Source: Flavobacteriales bacterium (GTDB lineage Bacteria > Bacteroidota > Bacteroidia > Flavobacteriales > Flavobacteriaceae). Taken from it: 64,000 bases of DNA. The notes beneath the pieces are model-generated. The model saw only the letters and a list, made by a program, of their open reading frames with translations, ran no database searches and had not been told where the DNA came from. The translations under genes were made by a program, and so were the position numbers. Positions 29,484 through 40,020 of this stretch are shown piece by piece. The DNA lies in assembly GCA_024643405.1 (NCBI GenBank), contig JAHENA010000007.1, forward strand, positions 1,346 through 65,345, given 5' to 3'. The number at the start of each line of letters is the position of its first letter. The stretch's first letter is position 1.

Positions 29484-30860
29484 ATGCATTTTAAAAACTA
29501 CACTAAAGAGTTTAGATATAACTGGCAATTAGCAGCTCCGGTAATGCTAGGCATGTTAGGGCATTCCTTTGTGAGTTTTGTCGACAATATTATGGTTGGC
29601 CAGTTAGGAACCGCAGAATTGGCAGCCGTTTCTTTAGGTAACAGTTTTATGTTTATAGCTATGTCCTTAGGTATAGGCTTTTCTACTGCTATAACACCAT
29701 TAACTGCTGAAGCCGATGCCGAACAAAATTTTGAAAAGGGAAAATCTACCTTTAAAAACGGATTGTTTTTGTGCACCATATTAGGTGTTTCGTTGTTTTT
29801 AATGGTGTTTTTTGCCAAACCCTTGATGCACTTAATGAAGCAGCCTGCTGAGGTTGTTAAGTTGGCAATACCTTATTTGGATTTAGTGGCATTTTCTTTA
29901 ATTCCATTAATTGTTTTTCAGGGGTTTAAACAATTTAGTGATGGGTTATCTATGACCAGATACCCCATGTACGCTACCCTTTTAGGAAACATAGCCAATG
30001 TTGTTTTAAACTATGTCCTAATTTTTGGGAAATTTGGTTTTCCCGAACTAGGTATTGTTGGTGCAGCTTATGGAACCTTGGCTTCCAGATTTATTATGGT
30101 GTGGCATATTTGGTATTTACTTAAAGGAAAAGAAAAATCAAAAGCGTATGTGACCAATATAAAATTCTTTGTATTAGACACCTTAATGGTTAAAAAAATA
30201 ATCAACTTGGGTGCGCCCAGTGCTATGCAAATGTTTTTTGAGGTCGCTATTTTTACAGCAGCTATCTGGTTAAGTGGGACACTGGGTAAAAACCCTCAGG
30301 CAGCTAATCAAATTGCATTAAACCTATCCTCTATGACGTTTATGGTGGCTATGGGTTTGAGTGTTACTGCTATGATACGAGTAGGTAATCAAAAAGGCTT
30401 GCAGAATTATTTTGAATTAAGACGTATTGCCTATTCCATATTTTTATTTGGGATGATGTTGGCTTTAGGTTTTGCTCTTTTATTCTTTACTTTTAATAAT
30501 TTCTTACCAAAAATATATGTTGATTTTGATGATGCTAAAAATATAGTTGATAATACTGAAGTCATTGGAATAGCTTCGAAACTTCTTATTGTTGCCGCTA
30601 TCTTTCAAATAAGTGATAGTATACAAGTTATTGTACTGGGAGCCTTACGCGGACTTCAGGATGTAAAAATACCAACCATCATTACATTTTTCTCCTATTG
30701 GGTTATTGGCTTTCCTATAAGCTGGTTTTTAGGAAAAGAGTCTGTTTATGGCAGCTTTGGTATTTGGTTGGGATTACTTGGTGGACTGACAACCGCTGCA
30801 ATTTTATTGTATATTAGATTCAATTATCTAACCAAAAAGTTAATTTTGTCTAACAAATAA
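29484..30860 (+). CDS. MATE family efflux transporter
   Basis: 458 aa with 12 predicted hydrophobic segments. The N-terminus (AAPVMLGML…VDNIMVGQLGTAELAAVSLGNS) is typical of NorM-like MATE proteins. Confidence 0.92.
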   Translation: MHFKNYTKEFRYNWQLAAPVMLGMLGHSFVSFVDNIMVGQLGTAELAAVSLGNSFMFIAMSLGIGFSTAITPLTAEADAEQNFEKGKSTFKNGLFLCTILGVSLFLMVFFAKPLMHLMKQPAEVVKLAIPYLDLVAFSLIPLIVFQGFKQFSDGLSMTRYPMYATLLGNIANVVLNYVLIFGKFGFPELGIVGAAYGTLASRFIMVWHIWYLLKGKEKSKAYVTNIKFFVLDTLMVKKIINLGAPSAMQMFFEVAIFTAAIWLSGTLGKNPQAANQIALNLSSMTFMVAMGLSVTAMIRVGNQKGLQNYFELRRIAYSIFLFGMMLALGFALLFFTFNNFLPKIYVDFDDAKNIVDNTEVIGIASKLLIVAAIFQISDSIQVIVLGALRGLQDVKIPTIITFFSYWVIGFPISWFLGKESVYGSFGIWLGLLGGLTTAAILLYIRFNYLTKKLILSNK

Positions 30861-30874
30861 AAATAAGCAACAAA

Positions 30875-31102
30875 ATGCAACTTCCTAAATTTATACTCGG
30901 TGATAACTCAGATTATCCTAATGCCATTTATGTGATTCATACGGAATTTCCAAGATTTATTATTAACCTTGAAGATGATGAGTTGGAATGGTTTGAAGAT
31001 TTTGATGAAGAAGATGAAAAGGAACTAACAGCAGAGACTGAAAATATGATCAAATTGGCCACTGAATTTTATGATAAAGAAATTGCTTTATACGAAGAGT
31101 AA
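30875..31102 (+). CDS. Hypothetical small acidic protein
   Basis: 75 aa with a D/E-rich centre (EDDELEWFEDFDEEDEKE). Its stop overlaps the next start (TAATG). No family recognised. Confidence 0.5.
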   Translation: MQLPKFILGDNSDYPNAIYVIHTEFPRFIINLEDDELEWFEDFDEEDEKELTAETENMIKLATEFYDKEIALYEE

Positions 31103-31671
31103 TGATTGAGCAATTGTTAGAATATGATAAGTCTCTCTTTTTATTTCTTAATAATTTGGGCACGCCAGCTTGGGATAATTTTTGGCTTGTTATTACTTAC
31201 AGGTTTACCTTTATTCCACTATATGCTTTATTGCTATTTCTTATTTATAAAAAATTTGGTTTAAAATCACTCTTGGTTTTGATTGCTGTAATTGCTTTAA
31301 TGATAACTTTTACAGACCAAGTTACCAATATATTTAAACGCGGATTTGAAAGACCACGACCATGTGGAGAAGCGTCTTTAATTAATCAAATGCGTTTTGT
31401 AGCTAGTTATTGTGGTAAGTTCGGATTTTTCTCTGGTCATGCCGCAAATTCAATGGCTGCAGCTGTTTTTTCAGGTTTATTTTTAAGACCATATTATAAA
31501 AATTTAATTTTTATAATGCTATTATGGAGTGTTGTGGTTGCTTATAGCAGAATATATGTCGGTGTGCATTATCCAATTGATATTGTTTGCGGTTTGACTT
31601 TTGGCGCTATTTCCGGATTTGTATTTTATAAAATAGGACAGATACTTTTAAGTCGATTTATTTTAAAATAA
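31102..31671 (+). CDS. PAP2 superfamily phosphatase
   Basis: All three PAP2 motifs are present: KRGFERPRP, SGH and SRIYVGVHYPID. It is a membrane protein. Confidence 0.88.
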   Translation: MIEQLLEYDKSLFLFLNNLGTPAWDNFWLVITYRFTFIPLYALLLFLIYKKFGLKSLLVLIAVIALMITFTDQVTNIFKRGFERPRPCGEASLINQMRFVASYCGKFGFFSGHAANSMAAAVFSGLFLRPYYKNLIFIMLLWSVVVAYSRIYVGVHYPIDIVCGLTFGAISGFVFYKIGQILLSRFILK

Positions 31672-31700
31672 ATTTATACAGCTATTAGGCTTTAAGGGAA

Positions 31701-32582
31701 TTATGCAAAGACATTAAGTGCCTTTTCTGAGATAGATATATTGATGGTATTTGATTCAATCAAGCGGTATTCTCCATCAATCTGCATTTTAAAATGATTA
31801 AAATTTTCACGAGAAAGTGTCATGCTTTTAGTTTGAAAACTTTTAACTTCTTGAATAAGATGGTGCCTTTTAAAAAGCATTAAAAAACTAAACAAAATTA
31901 TTTTAAAAGGGTTTAGTCGGGATACTATTATAATGTCTAATAATCCATCCTCCAAAGAAGCCTTTGGAGTTAAACTTACCTTATAACCTAACTCATTGGA
32001 ATTTGAAATAAAAACCATAAATGGTTTTACTTTAAATGTTTGTTCATTAATGTTGACTTCAAGCTCACGTGTGTCATTAATGTTTTTTAAAGATTTAAAT
32101 ACTGCAGTTACATAACTAAATAGTTTTCTATTATTAGATTCTTCATAGTGTTTTATAACATGGGCATCAAAACCTACACCAGTATTGCTAAAGAAGTATT
32201 TATTATTTAAAGAACCTGCATCAATTTTTTTAACCTCTTGCCTTTTTATGACAGCAATAGCTTTATTTATTTTTTTAGGTATTTTAAGGTTGGACGCTAA
32301 TCCATTTCCAGAACCTAACGGAATAATTCCTAAGATAATTGGAGACCCAATAATGCAGGAGGCTACTTCATTAACGGTTCCGTCCCCACCACAAGCTACA
32401 ATAATCTGGGCATTTTGCTCAATAGATTCTTGTGTTAATTTAGTGGTATGATTTTTATATACCGAAAACTTTACAGTTATGTCATATTCATTTTTATCAA
32501 AAAAAGGCTGGAGCATTTTTTTGCTAATATTATGATTGCCAGAGCCAGCAATTGGATTTATTATGAAATGTATCTGTATCAA
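31701..32582 (-). CDS. Diacylglycerol/lipid kinase family protein (soluble DgkB/YegS type)
   Basis: FIINPIAGSG and ACGGDGTVNEV motifs. Only a TTG start is available (32582), and it overlaps the upstream stop as TTGA. Confidence 0.8.
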   Translation of the reverse strand: MIQIHFIINPIAGSGNHNISKKMLQPFFDKNEYDITVKFSVYKNHTTKLTQESIEQNAQIIVACGGDGTVNEVASCIIGSPIILGIIPLGSGNGLASNLKIPKKINKAIAVIKRQEVKKIDAGSLNNKYFFSNTGVGFDAHVIKHYEESNNRKLFSYVTAVFKSLKNINDTRELEVNINEQTFKVKPFMVFISNSNELGYKVSLTPKASLEDGLLDIIIVSRLNPFKIILFSFLMLFKRHHLIQEVKSFQTKSMTLSRENFNHFKMQIDGEYRLIESNTINISISEKALNVFA

Positions 32583-34597
32583 TGGTTTTCTTCTAGTTTA
32601 AGGCCATTATTTCTGTATAAATAATCGGCAACTTGATAATATGAAATGGTTTCATTTAAAAATGATACGTCATTTGGTATTTTGGTCAAACTATTGTCAT
32701 TTTTATTCCATTCATAAAAATCAGATTGTTCGGTCTCACCCAATATCATAAGTTTTTCACCTTTTAGTAAGCCTAATTTTCTGTAATTTCCAATAAAGGC
32801 ACGTTCGTCTTCAGGCTTCATTTTTAATATGTCTTCTCCAAATAAATTACTGGTATAATCCCAATGTAACAATCCAAAAATGGTTGGAAACAAATCAATT
32901 TGAGAACATAGTTTATCAACTTTTTGAGGAAGAACGTTTTTAGTGTTAAACACAATGGCTGGAATATGATAATTTTGAACATCTAACTCCCAACGACCGG
33001 CACTGCTTGCGCAATGGTCAGACATAATAACAAAAACAGTATTGTCAAACCAAGGTTTAGTTTTGGCTTTCTTTAAAAAATCTCCAATGGCGTAATCTGT
33101 GTATTTCACGGCGCCATTTCTTCCTGTTCCTGATGGGATGTCAATTCTATTTTCAGGATAGGTATAAGGACGATGGTTGGAAGTAGTCATAATGAAATCA
33201 AAAAAAGGCTTTCCTTCGTTGAAAGTTTTATCGGCTTCCTTAAGCACTTTATTATAAATATCTTCATCACATACTCCCCAAGCATTTTCAAAAATGACTT
33301 CATCATCTTCAATGTTAGTTCGTTTTGTTGTAATACTATTATCTAATAAAAAACCACGGCCCCTATCAATAATATTAAAGCCATTTCCTCCAAAATAAGT
33401 GTTCATGTTATCAAAATACCCATCACCACCATAAAAAAAGTTTCTTTCGTAACCTTCTTTTTTGAAAATTTCTCCAATAGTAAACAAATTTTGATTGTTT
33501 TTTCTTTTCACAATACTTCTTCCTGGAGTTGGAGGAATTGATAGAGTAATAGCTTCCATACCTCTTACAGTCCTAGTTCCTGTAGCAAAAAGATTATTAA
33601 AAAACAAACCATTATTCGCAAGAGAATCTAAATGGGGTGTAATATTTAAATCACTACCAAGGGAATTTAAAAAGTCGCCACTTAAACTTTCAATACAAAT
33701 AAAAATTACGTTTGGTTTTTGGGGTGTGTTTAAAGAATCTGTATTCGTAACTTTTCTTAAAATACGTTTTTGATCTGGATGATTAAGCTGGTCTCCTTTT
33801 GAGGTTAATTCTTTTTTTACATAATTGAAGGCGTTTTCCTCGTCAATTGTTTTATAGAATTTAACGTACGGTAGTTCATTGTTTCTAAAGGCAGCAAAGA
33901 AAGAATAAATCCCAGTTTTTGAAAGTTCATTATTATATCGATTTTCAAACTGCTCTGAATCTTGATTTAATACAAATGCAGAGAAAATAACTACAATAAA
34001 ACCAATAATAATTGTAGGAACTAATTTCTCTTTAAACGAGGATTTGCTATTAAAGGTCTCTTTAAATGCATGTCTTTTTTTTGTGATATAAAAAAGAACT
34101 AAAAAAGCTATAATGATGATACTTAAAAGTAAGGGTATTGGGTAAGACTCATTAATATTTTTTACTACTTCATTAGTATAAATTAAGTAATCAACTGCTA
34201 TGAAATTAAATCTGCGCTTAAATTCTTCCCAAAATGTAATTTCAGCAAAAAATGAAAACAAGAATATTATAAGACCTAATGAATATGCAAAATAAGTAAA
34301 GAGTTTGTCTACTAGGCTACCACTAAATCTTTTCGGAAATAACAATAAATATAAGGCGTAAGGTAAGGCAAAAAAGGAAACTGTGCCGATATCAAATAAA
34401 AAACCAATAAGAAATGTGAAAATTAAATTAAAGAAAGTAGAATCAGTTTCTGAAAAACTCCAGATAAACAAAACAAATCTTACTGTAAAAGAAAGTACTA
34501 AGAAAATTAAAATAAATGTTTTTAATAATGAAAATCTATTCGGAAATAATTTGCTCCACATGGTTTTAGTCAGTTTGGTTACATTTATTCGTTGCAA
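32579..34597 (-). CDS. LTA synthase / phosphoglycerol-transferase family protein (membrane-anchored sulfatase-fold enzyme)
   Basis: About 5 N-terminal TM segments precede an extracytoplasmic sulfatase-fold domain (NVIFICIESLS…, MSDHC). Confidence 0.85.
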   Translation of the reverse strand: MQRINVTKLTKTMWSKLFPNRFSLLKTFILIFLVLSFTVRFVLFIWSFSETDSTFFNLIFTFLIGFLFDIGTVSFFALPYALYLLLFPKRFSGSLVDKLFTYFAYSLGLIIFLFSFFAEITFWEEFKRRFNFIAVDYLIYTNEVVKNINESYPIPLLLSIIIIAFLVLFYITKKRHAFKETFNSKSSFKEKLVPTIIIGFIVVIFSAFVLNQDSEQFENRYNNELSKTGIYSFFAAFRNNELPYVKFYKTIDEENAFNYVKKELTSKGDQLNHPDQKRILRKVTNTDSLNTPQKPNVIFICIESLSGDFLNSLGSDLNITPHLDSLANNGLFFNNLFATGTRTVRGMEAITLSIPPTPGRSIVKRKNNQNLFTIGEIFKKEGYERNFFYGGDGYFDNMNTYFGGNGFNIIDRGRGFLLDNSITTKRTNIEDDEVIFENAWGVCDEDIYNKVLKEADKTFNEGKPFFDFIMTTSNHRPYTYPENRIDIPSGTGRNGAVKYTDYAIGDFLKKAKTKPWFDNTVFVIMSDHCASSAGRWELDVQNYHIPAIVFNTKNVLPQKVDKLCSQIDLFPTIFGLLHWDYTSNLFGEDILKMKPEDERAFIGNYRKLGLLKGEKLMILGETEQSDFYEWNKNDNSLTKIPNDVSFLNETISYYQVADYLYRNNGLKLEENH

Positions 34598-34768
34598 ATG
34601 TAAGTTGAAAACTTAGATTAAAATAAGGTAGTTATCTTAATTTTAACAAAGTATTGGGTTTAAGGATTTAAAAAGATACTCAATTTATTCGATTGCATTT
34701 AATCTACAAGTCTTAAAACTGATTTTTTCAAAAATTATTAATATAAAATAATCTATTTATCATAAAAA

Positions 34769-37700
34769 TTATTCTTTTATAAATTTTAAAATGCTTGGAA
34801 ATACAATTAATAGAAGTGGTAAAGCAAAGAATAACCCGCCGATTACGGCAATAGCTAAAGGTTGATGCAATTGTGCACCAGAACCAATACCAAAAGCTAA
34901 TGGAGCTAAAGCCATAACAGCAGCGAAAGCAGTCATTAATTTAGGGCGTAATCGAGCCCCAATGGCATATTCAATTTTTTCTAAATGATTTAAAGTCTGG
35001 TCGCTGTCCTGATACTGTCTGTATGTGAAGATGGCGTTTTCTCCAATAATACCAACAATCATAATAATACCTGTGTAGCTTCCAATATTTAAAGGTGTTC
35101 CTGTAAGATATAGTCCAATTAAACAACCTGCAACACCTAAAACAGCAATAGAAATTATAGATAATGCGATTTTTATTTTTCTGAAAAGAAAAAGAATTAC
35201 TATAAAAACTAAAAAAATGGCAGAAATTAAAATCAACATTAATTCTTTAAAAGCCTTTTGCTGTTGCTCATACAATCCTCCATATTCTATATGATATCCG
35301 GAAGGTAAACTTAAGTTATTTTCTAAATGTTTTTTAATATCATTTAATGTAGACCCTAAGTCGCGATTATTTAAACGGGCGGTAATCACACCCATCGATT
35401 TTTGATTCTCCCTGTTTATTTCAGCAACACCTTTGCCTATGGTTATGGTTGCTACTTTATTTATAGGAATTAAAGAACCATTAGGGGTCATTATACTGGT
35501 GTTTTTTAAATTGTGAACTGAGGTATTATTGGCATTAGGATAGATCATTCTAATATCGACAATTTGTTCTTTATCAATCATATTACTCACTACAACCCCT
35601 TCAATTTGTGTTTGAAGTTGTAGTTGAAAATCAGATGCTGTCATTCCCATTTGTGACAAAATAGGAACATTTGGTTGAATGACTACTTCGGGTCCTGCCA
35701 CGACAATACCATCAAAAACATCGGCAGTACCATTAACAGTTTCAATTTCCGAAGCTATTTTTTTTGACAAAGATTCCAGTTTTTTAATATCATCTCCGAA
35801 CACTTTTATTTCAATTGGTTGAACCGAACTCATTAAATCTCCAAGCATGTCTCCAATTACTTGCCCAAAGTCAATGATTAGTTGAGGAACCTGTACTTCA
35901 ATTTTTGCTCGTATTTCATCTGAAACTTCTTCAGTGGTTTTTGAACGACGGTCTTTAAGTTTTATTAAATAATCACCTCTGCTAGGTTCAGTAATAAAAA
36001 ACCCCATTTGAGTACCTATTCGGGCAGAATACGCTTCAACTTCGGACTGATTATCCAAAATGTTATTCACAACTTGTAGCATTCTGTCGGTTTCTTCAAG
36101 GGTTGTCCCTGGTGGACTATCAAAATCAAGTACAATACTACCTTCGTCCATTTCAGGCAAAAAGCCGGAAGGCAATTTTGAAGGAATTAGAAAGAGAATA
36201 GCTAAACATCCAATTGAAAAAACTAACGGTAATACAGGTTTTGTTAAGATATTATGTATCCATTTTGTTTTTGGAACATGTGTACTTGTTAAAGGTTTAT
36301 TTTTAGAAAATACTAGATAAAGCACTGGTACGACAAGCCAAGTTATAACAAATGAAGATGCCAGAGCAATAATCATACTAAAGGCCATAACCTTAAAATA
36401 TGCTCCTGCAACACCGGTCATTAGTGCGAATGGAATAAAAATAACCAGGGTACTTAATGAAGACCCAATCATGGCGGGTAGTAAATGAGAAATAGCTTCT
36501 TTGGTACACCATGAAATGGATTCATTTGGATGTTCTTCTCTAATTTTATGTATTTGCTCAATAACTATAACCACATCATCAATCATAAGACCAATTGCTG
36601 CAGCTATGGCCCCAAGGGTCATGATATTAAAAGTGTAACCTACCAAGTCTAATATAATGAGCGTAACTGATAATGAAATGGGTATTGTAAATAGCACAAC
36701 CAGGCTTGCTGAAAATGAACGTAAAAATAAAATGACTACCAATAAGGCTAAAATTAATCCAATCCACAAAACATCTTTAATGCTGTTAATACTAGAATTT
36801 ACAAAATCAGCTTGCTTATAATAAGGAACTATTTTTACGTCATTTGGAATAATGTTATTTAACTCTGCTATTTTTTTTTCAATAGTATTATTAACATCAA
36901 TTAAATTAGCGTCTGGCTGCTTTATAACCGCAATTAGTGGGACATTTTTTCCATTGGCCAGAATTTTGACATATTCTTTCACTTCAGAAATTTCTACATT
37001 GGCAATGTCTTTTAATTTAATTAATCTGTTTGGACTGTTAATAATTACCAGATTTTGTAAATCAGAAATATTGTCAATTGCATTATCTGTAAGCGTTAAA
37101 TACAATCTGTTATAATCACTTATGTAACCGTTGGATTGCAATATGTTTGAATTAACGATGGCATTTTGAATGGCGGAAATTGAAATTCCTAATGTTTTGA
37201 TGATTTCTGGTTTTAAAACCACTTTAAATTCTTTGTCTTTTCCACCAATAATAGCAATATCTGAAACTCCGGGAGTAGCCGCTAAATAAGGTTTAATTTG
37301 ATATTTGGCAATTTTTTTTAAATCAACTTGTGATCTGTTTCCTTCTAAAGAATATCCCATAACTGGAAGAATAGAAGGATTCATTTTTTCAACTGAAATA
37401 TTTGTATTGGGTAAAATATTGGATTGAGATTGATTAATAAAGGATTCAATTTGAGATTTCGCCAAATTTATATCCATATTCCAGTCCAGAAAGATTGAAA
37501 TTTCGCAACTCCCTCTTGAAGTGGTACTCCGTATATATTGTAAACCTTCTGTTCTTCTTATAATATTTTCTAATGGAATGGTAACGGTGGACATCATTTT
37601 ATCTACCGGTTGCTGTCCAGCATCAGCAATAACTTTAATTTTTGGAAACGTAATATCTGGAAATAAGCCCGTTTTTAAATTCTGATAAGTAAATGCGCCA

Positions 37701-37774
37701 CCAATAAGCAATAAAACAGTAATTGCCAGAAGAGGAAATTTATATTTTGAATGCTGACTTTTTTCAGGGCTCAT
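34769..37774 (-). CDS. RND efflux transporter permease subunit
   Basis: 1001 aa. It has the duplicated 6-TM plus large-loop architecture, with AcrB/CzcA-like TM4 and TM10 regions (for example AIGLMIDDVVIVIEQI). Confidence 0.92.
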   Translation of the reverse strand: MSPEKSQHSKYKFPLLAITVLLLIGGAFTYQNLKTGLFPDITFPKIKVIADAGQQPVDKMMSTVTIPLENIIRRTEGLQYIRSTTSRGSCEISIFLDWNMDINLAKSQIESFINQSQSNILPNTNISVEKMNPSILPVMGYSLEGNRSQVDLKKIAKYQIKPYLAATPGVSDIAIIGGKDKEFKVVLKPEIIKTLGISISAIQNAIVNSNILQSNGYISDYNRLYLTLTDNAIDNISDLQNLVIINSPNRLIKLKDIANVEISEVKEYVKILANGKNVPLIAVIKQPDANLIDVNNTIEKKIAELNNIIPNDVKIVPYYKQADFVNSSINSIKDVLWIGLILALLVVILFLRSFSASLVVLFTIPISLSVTLIILDLVGYTFNIMTLGAIAAAIGLMIDDVVIVIEQIHKIREEHPNESISWCTKEAISHLLPAMIGSSLSTLVIFIPFALMTGVAGAYFKVMAFSMIIALASSFVITWLVVPVLYLVFSKNKPLTSTHVPKTKWIHNILTKPVLPLVFSIGCLAILFLIPSKLPSGFLPEMDEGSIVLDFDSPPGTTLEETDRMLQVVNNILDNQSEVEAYSARIGTQMGFFITEPSRGDYLIKLKDRRSKTTEEVSDEIRAKIEVQVPQLIIDFGQVIGDMLGDLMSSVQPIEIKVFGDDIKKLESLSKKIASEIETVNGTADVFDGIVVAGPEVVIQPNVPILSQMGMTASDFQLQLQTQIEGVVVSNMIDKEQIVDIRMIYPNANNTSVHNLKNTSIMTPNGSLIPINKVATITIGKGVAEINRENQKSMGVITARLNNRDLGSTLNDIKKHLENNLSLPSGYHIEYGGLYEQQQKAFKELMLILISAIFLVFIVILFLFRKIKIALSIISIAVLGVAGCLIGLYLTGTPLNIGSYTGIIMIVGIIGENAIFTYRQYQDSDQTLNHLEKIEYAIGARLRPKLMTAFAAVMALAPLAFGIGSGAQLHQPLAIAVIGGLFFALPLLLIVFPSILKFIKE

Positions 37775-37775
37775 A

Positions 37776-38684
37776 TTATTGTTTTTGAATCGCTACCAAA
37801 GTGGAATCTTGCATTTCATAACTGCCTTCAGTTATTACCCAATCATTTAATTTAACATCCTCAGATTTAATTTGAATAAGTGAGTCGTTTCTGAGTAAAG
37901 GGACGACAGACGATTTTATGGCCAGTGTGTCATTGAAAATTTTCATAACCCAAAAATCCGTCATCAATTCATTGGTTTGTAAGGCTTCTTTTGGAATGCA
38001 TAAGGACTTTTTGGCTTCTCTATACATCGTTTTAACAATAACATTTAAGTTTTCGGGTAAATTTGCATAGGGTAATGCAATAAAGAAGGTTTGAGATTGA
38101 GCAATAGGATCAATTTCGGGTAAAGAGCCCGTTATTTTTGAGGATATACTTTCGCCGTTTTGGAAAATTACATCGCAAACAGTACCAATTTTTATATAAT
38201 CTTCATATTCATAGGGTACATTAACTTGAATGATTAAGGAGTTTGGTTGTGAAATGGTCGCTAGGACATCACCTTCTGCTACATAATCATTTTTCTGAAT
38301 ATTAAGAACTGTGAGAATACCACTTGAATTACTGTTTATTAACAATGGATTTGAAAATTTTGCTAATGAGCTATCAATTTTTATAGCTTCTTTTAAAGCA
38401 TCTTGTTCTTTTGTACGAACATGAGCAAAGGCTTGTCCAAGTTTAATTGGATCTCCTATTTTAAACGGCATCCATGAAATATAACCAGTGACATTTGCGC
38501 GAATATTTTCCTTTTTTTGATATTGTGTAACGCCATTAAAAGTTAAATACTCTTTAAGATCCTGCTCATTTACATTTGATGCTTTTACAGAAATAGGAGT
38601 TTTTAAAACAACCTTTGTTGTAGAGTGTTCTTTACAACTAAAAAAACATAAAACTAAAGGAATATAAAAGATTTTTAAGGTCAT
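37776..38684 (-). CDS. RND efflux periplasmic adaptor (membrane fusion) subunit
   Basis: Lipoprotein-like start MTLKIFYIPLVLCFFSCK. A barrel-sandwich/lipoyl-like region is present (GDPIKLGQAFAHV … GDVLATI). I place the start at 38684 so that it does not overlap the TolC gene. Confidence 0.75.
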   Translation of the reverse strand: MTLKIFYIPLVLCFFSCKEHSTTKVVLKTPISVKASNVNEQDLKEYLTFNGVTQYQKKENIRANVTGYISWMPFKIGDPIKLGQAFAHVRTKEQDALKEAIKIDSSLAKFSNPLLINSNSSGILTVLNIQKNDYVAEGDVLATISQPNSLIIQVNVPYEYEDYIKIGTVCDVIFQNGESISSKITGSLPEIDPIAQSQTFFIALPYANLPENLNVIVKTMYREAKKSLCIPKEALQTNELMTDFWVMKIFNDTLAIKSSVVPLLRNDSLIQIKSEDVKLNDWVITEGSYEMQDSTLVAIQKQ

Positions 38685-38688
38685 AAGT

Positions 38689-39996
38689 TTACCAATTTGT
38701 GTAGTTATAGGCATTGTAAAGTAACCAAAGGTTAGTTTGCATTTGCAATTTTGTATAAACAGTTATTTTATAGTTTTGTACTAAGTTTAGAAAATCAATT
38801 ATACTAACTTGTCCTTGAATGAGCTTGCCTTTATAGATTTCCATAAGGTTTTTTTGCTGTATAATTTGATTTTCAGTCAATATCTTGTTTTGTTCTAAAG
38901 AGGTAATCTGTTGTTCAATACTTTTCAAGTTGTTTTTGGTTAATACTTCATTATTTTGTTTATAATACTCAAGTGTTTCCTGCTTAATTTGATTTTGCAA
39001 CCCATTGTACTTTTTTTGGTTCCCGTCATAAATGGGAATGCTTAACTTTAAACCAGAACTGAAACCGAAATTTTGAGGAATATTTGCGAATTCAATGGCA
39101 TTTAATCCAGTATTACCATAAGCAGTAATTTGTGGTTTATATTGGTTTTCAAATACTTTTTGGTCGGCAACAATTTGAAGACTATCATTCTCAAACTTTT
39201 TTTGATAGAAAAAAAGATTCTGTTGGCTATTAATTTCTATGTGTGGTATTTCAAGATTTTCTATATTACCTATCGGAATACCACATAGATTATATAGTTG
39301 AGCATATAGGTTTTTAAAATTGGCTTCTGTTTGCTGAAGTTCTAAATTTTTGTTATCAATATCTAATTTAAGTACTAAATAGTCACTTTCCAGAAGAACT
39401 CCTCGCTTCACTAAAATTTCAACAACTTGCAGTTTTTTTTCTAAATCTGTTTTTAAATCTTTTGTAAAACTTGCTAAAAGTTGATATTGATATACTAAAA
39501 TGTAAGAATCAATAACATTTTTTTTAATGTTATGTAGGTCGTCTTCACTAGATAATGTAATCGCTTTATTTTTAATAATATTTTGAAATAATAAATTATC
39601 TGTAGAAGCTTTATTGAATAGATTTTTAGTGACATTTAGCTGGGCAGCATACAATCCTCCATTTGTTATTCCTACATCATAGCCATACGCATTAGATGAA
39701 GGATTTGTTGTTATTTCAATTGCTTTACCATTACTATTAAAATAAGGAGCAAATAATACTTCTGAAGTAGCATCGACTTTAAAACCAGTATTTTGACTTT
39801 TAATAATTGTGTTTTGAAGTTCTCCAATTTTTAATAAGTTGTTATTTTCTTTTAAAGCTACAGCATTTTCTTCTGCTTTACTGAGAAAATAATCTAGGGT
39901 TTTGTTTTGAGAAACTATTGAATTAGATATAAATAAAAATAAAGTAATAATTACACGAAAAAAGGCATTTTTAAAAAGCGCTGGGTTTAATTTCAC
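38689..39996 (-). CDS. TolC family outer membrane efflux protein
   Basis: 435 aa with a signal peptide and a two-repeat coiled-coil/beta pattern. It lies directly upstream of the adaptor and RND genes. Confidence 0.78.
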   Translation of the reverse strand: MKLNPALFKNAFFRVIITLFLFISNSIVSQNKTLDYFLSKAEENAVALKENNNLLKIGELQNTIIKSQNTGFKVDATSEVLFAPYFNSNGKAIEITTNPSSNAYGYDVGITNGGLYAAQLNVTKNLFNKASTDNLLFQNIIKNKAITLSSEDDLHNIKKNVIDSYILVYQYQLLASFTKDLKTDLEKKLQVVEILVKRGVLLESDYLVLKLDIDNKNLELQQTEANFKNLYAQLYNLCGIPIGNIENLEIPHIEINSQQNLFFYQKKFENDSLQIVADQKVFENQYKPQITAYGNTGLNAIEFANIPQNFGFSSGLKLSIPIYDGNQKKYNGLQNQIKQETLEYYKQNNEVLTKNNLKSIEQQITSLEQNKILTENQIIQQKNLMEIYKGKLIQGQVSIIDFLNLVQNYKITVYTKLQMQTNLWLLYNAYNYTNW

Positions 39997-40020
39997 TGTA
40001 TTTAATATTGATTCAAAATT

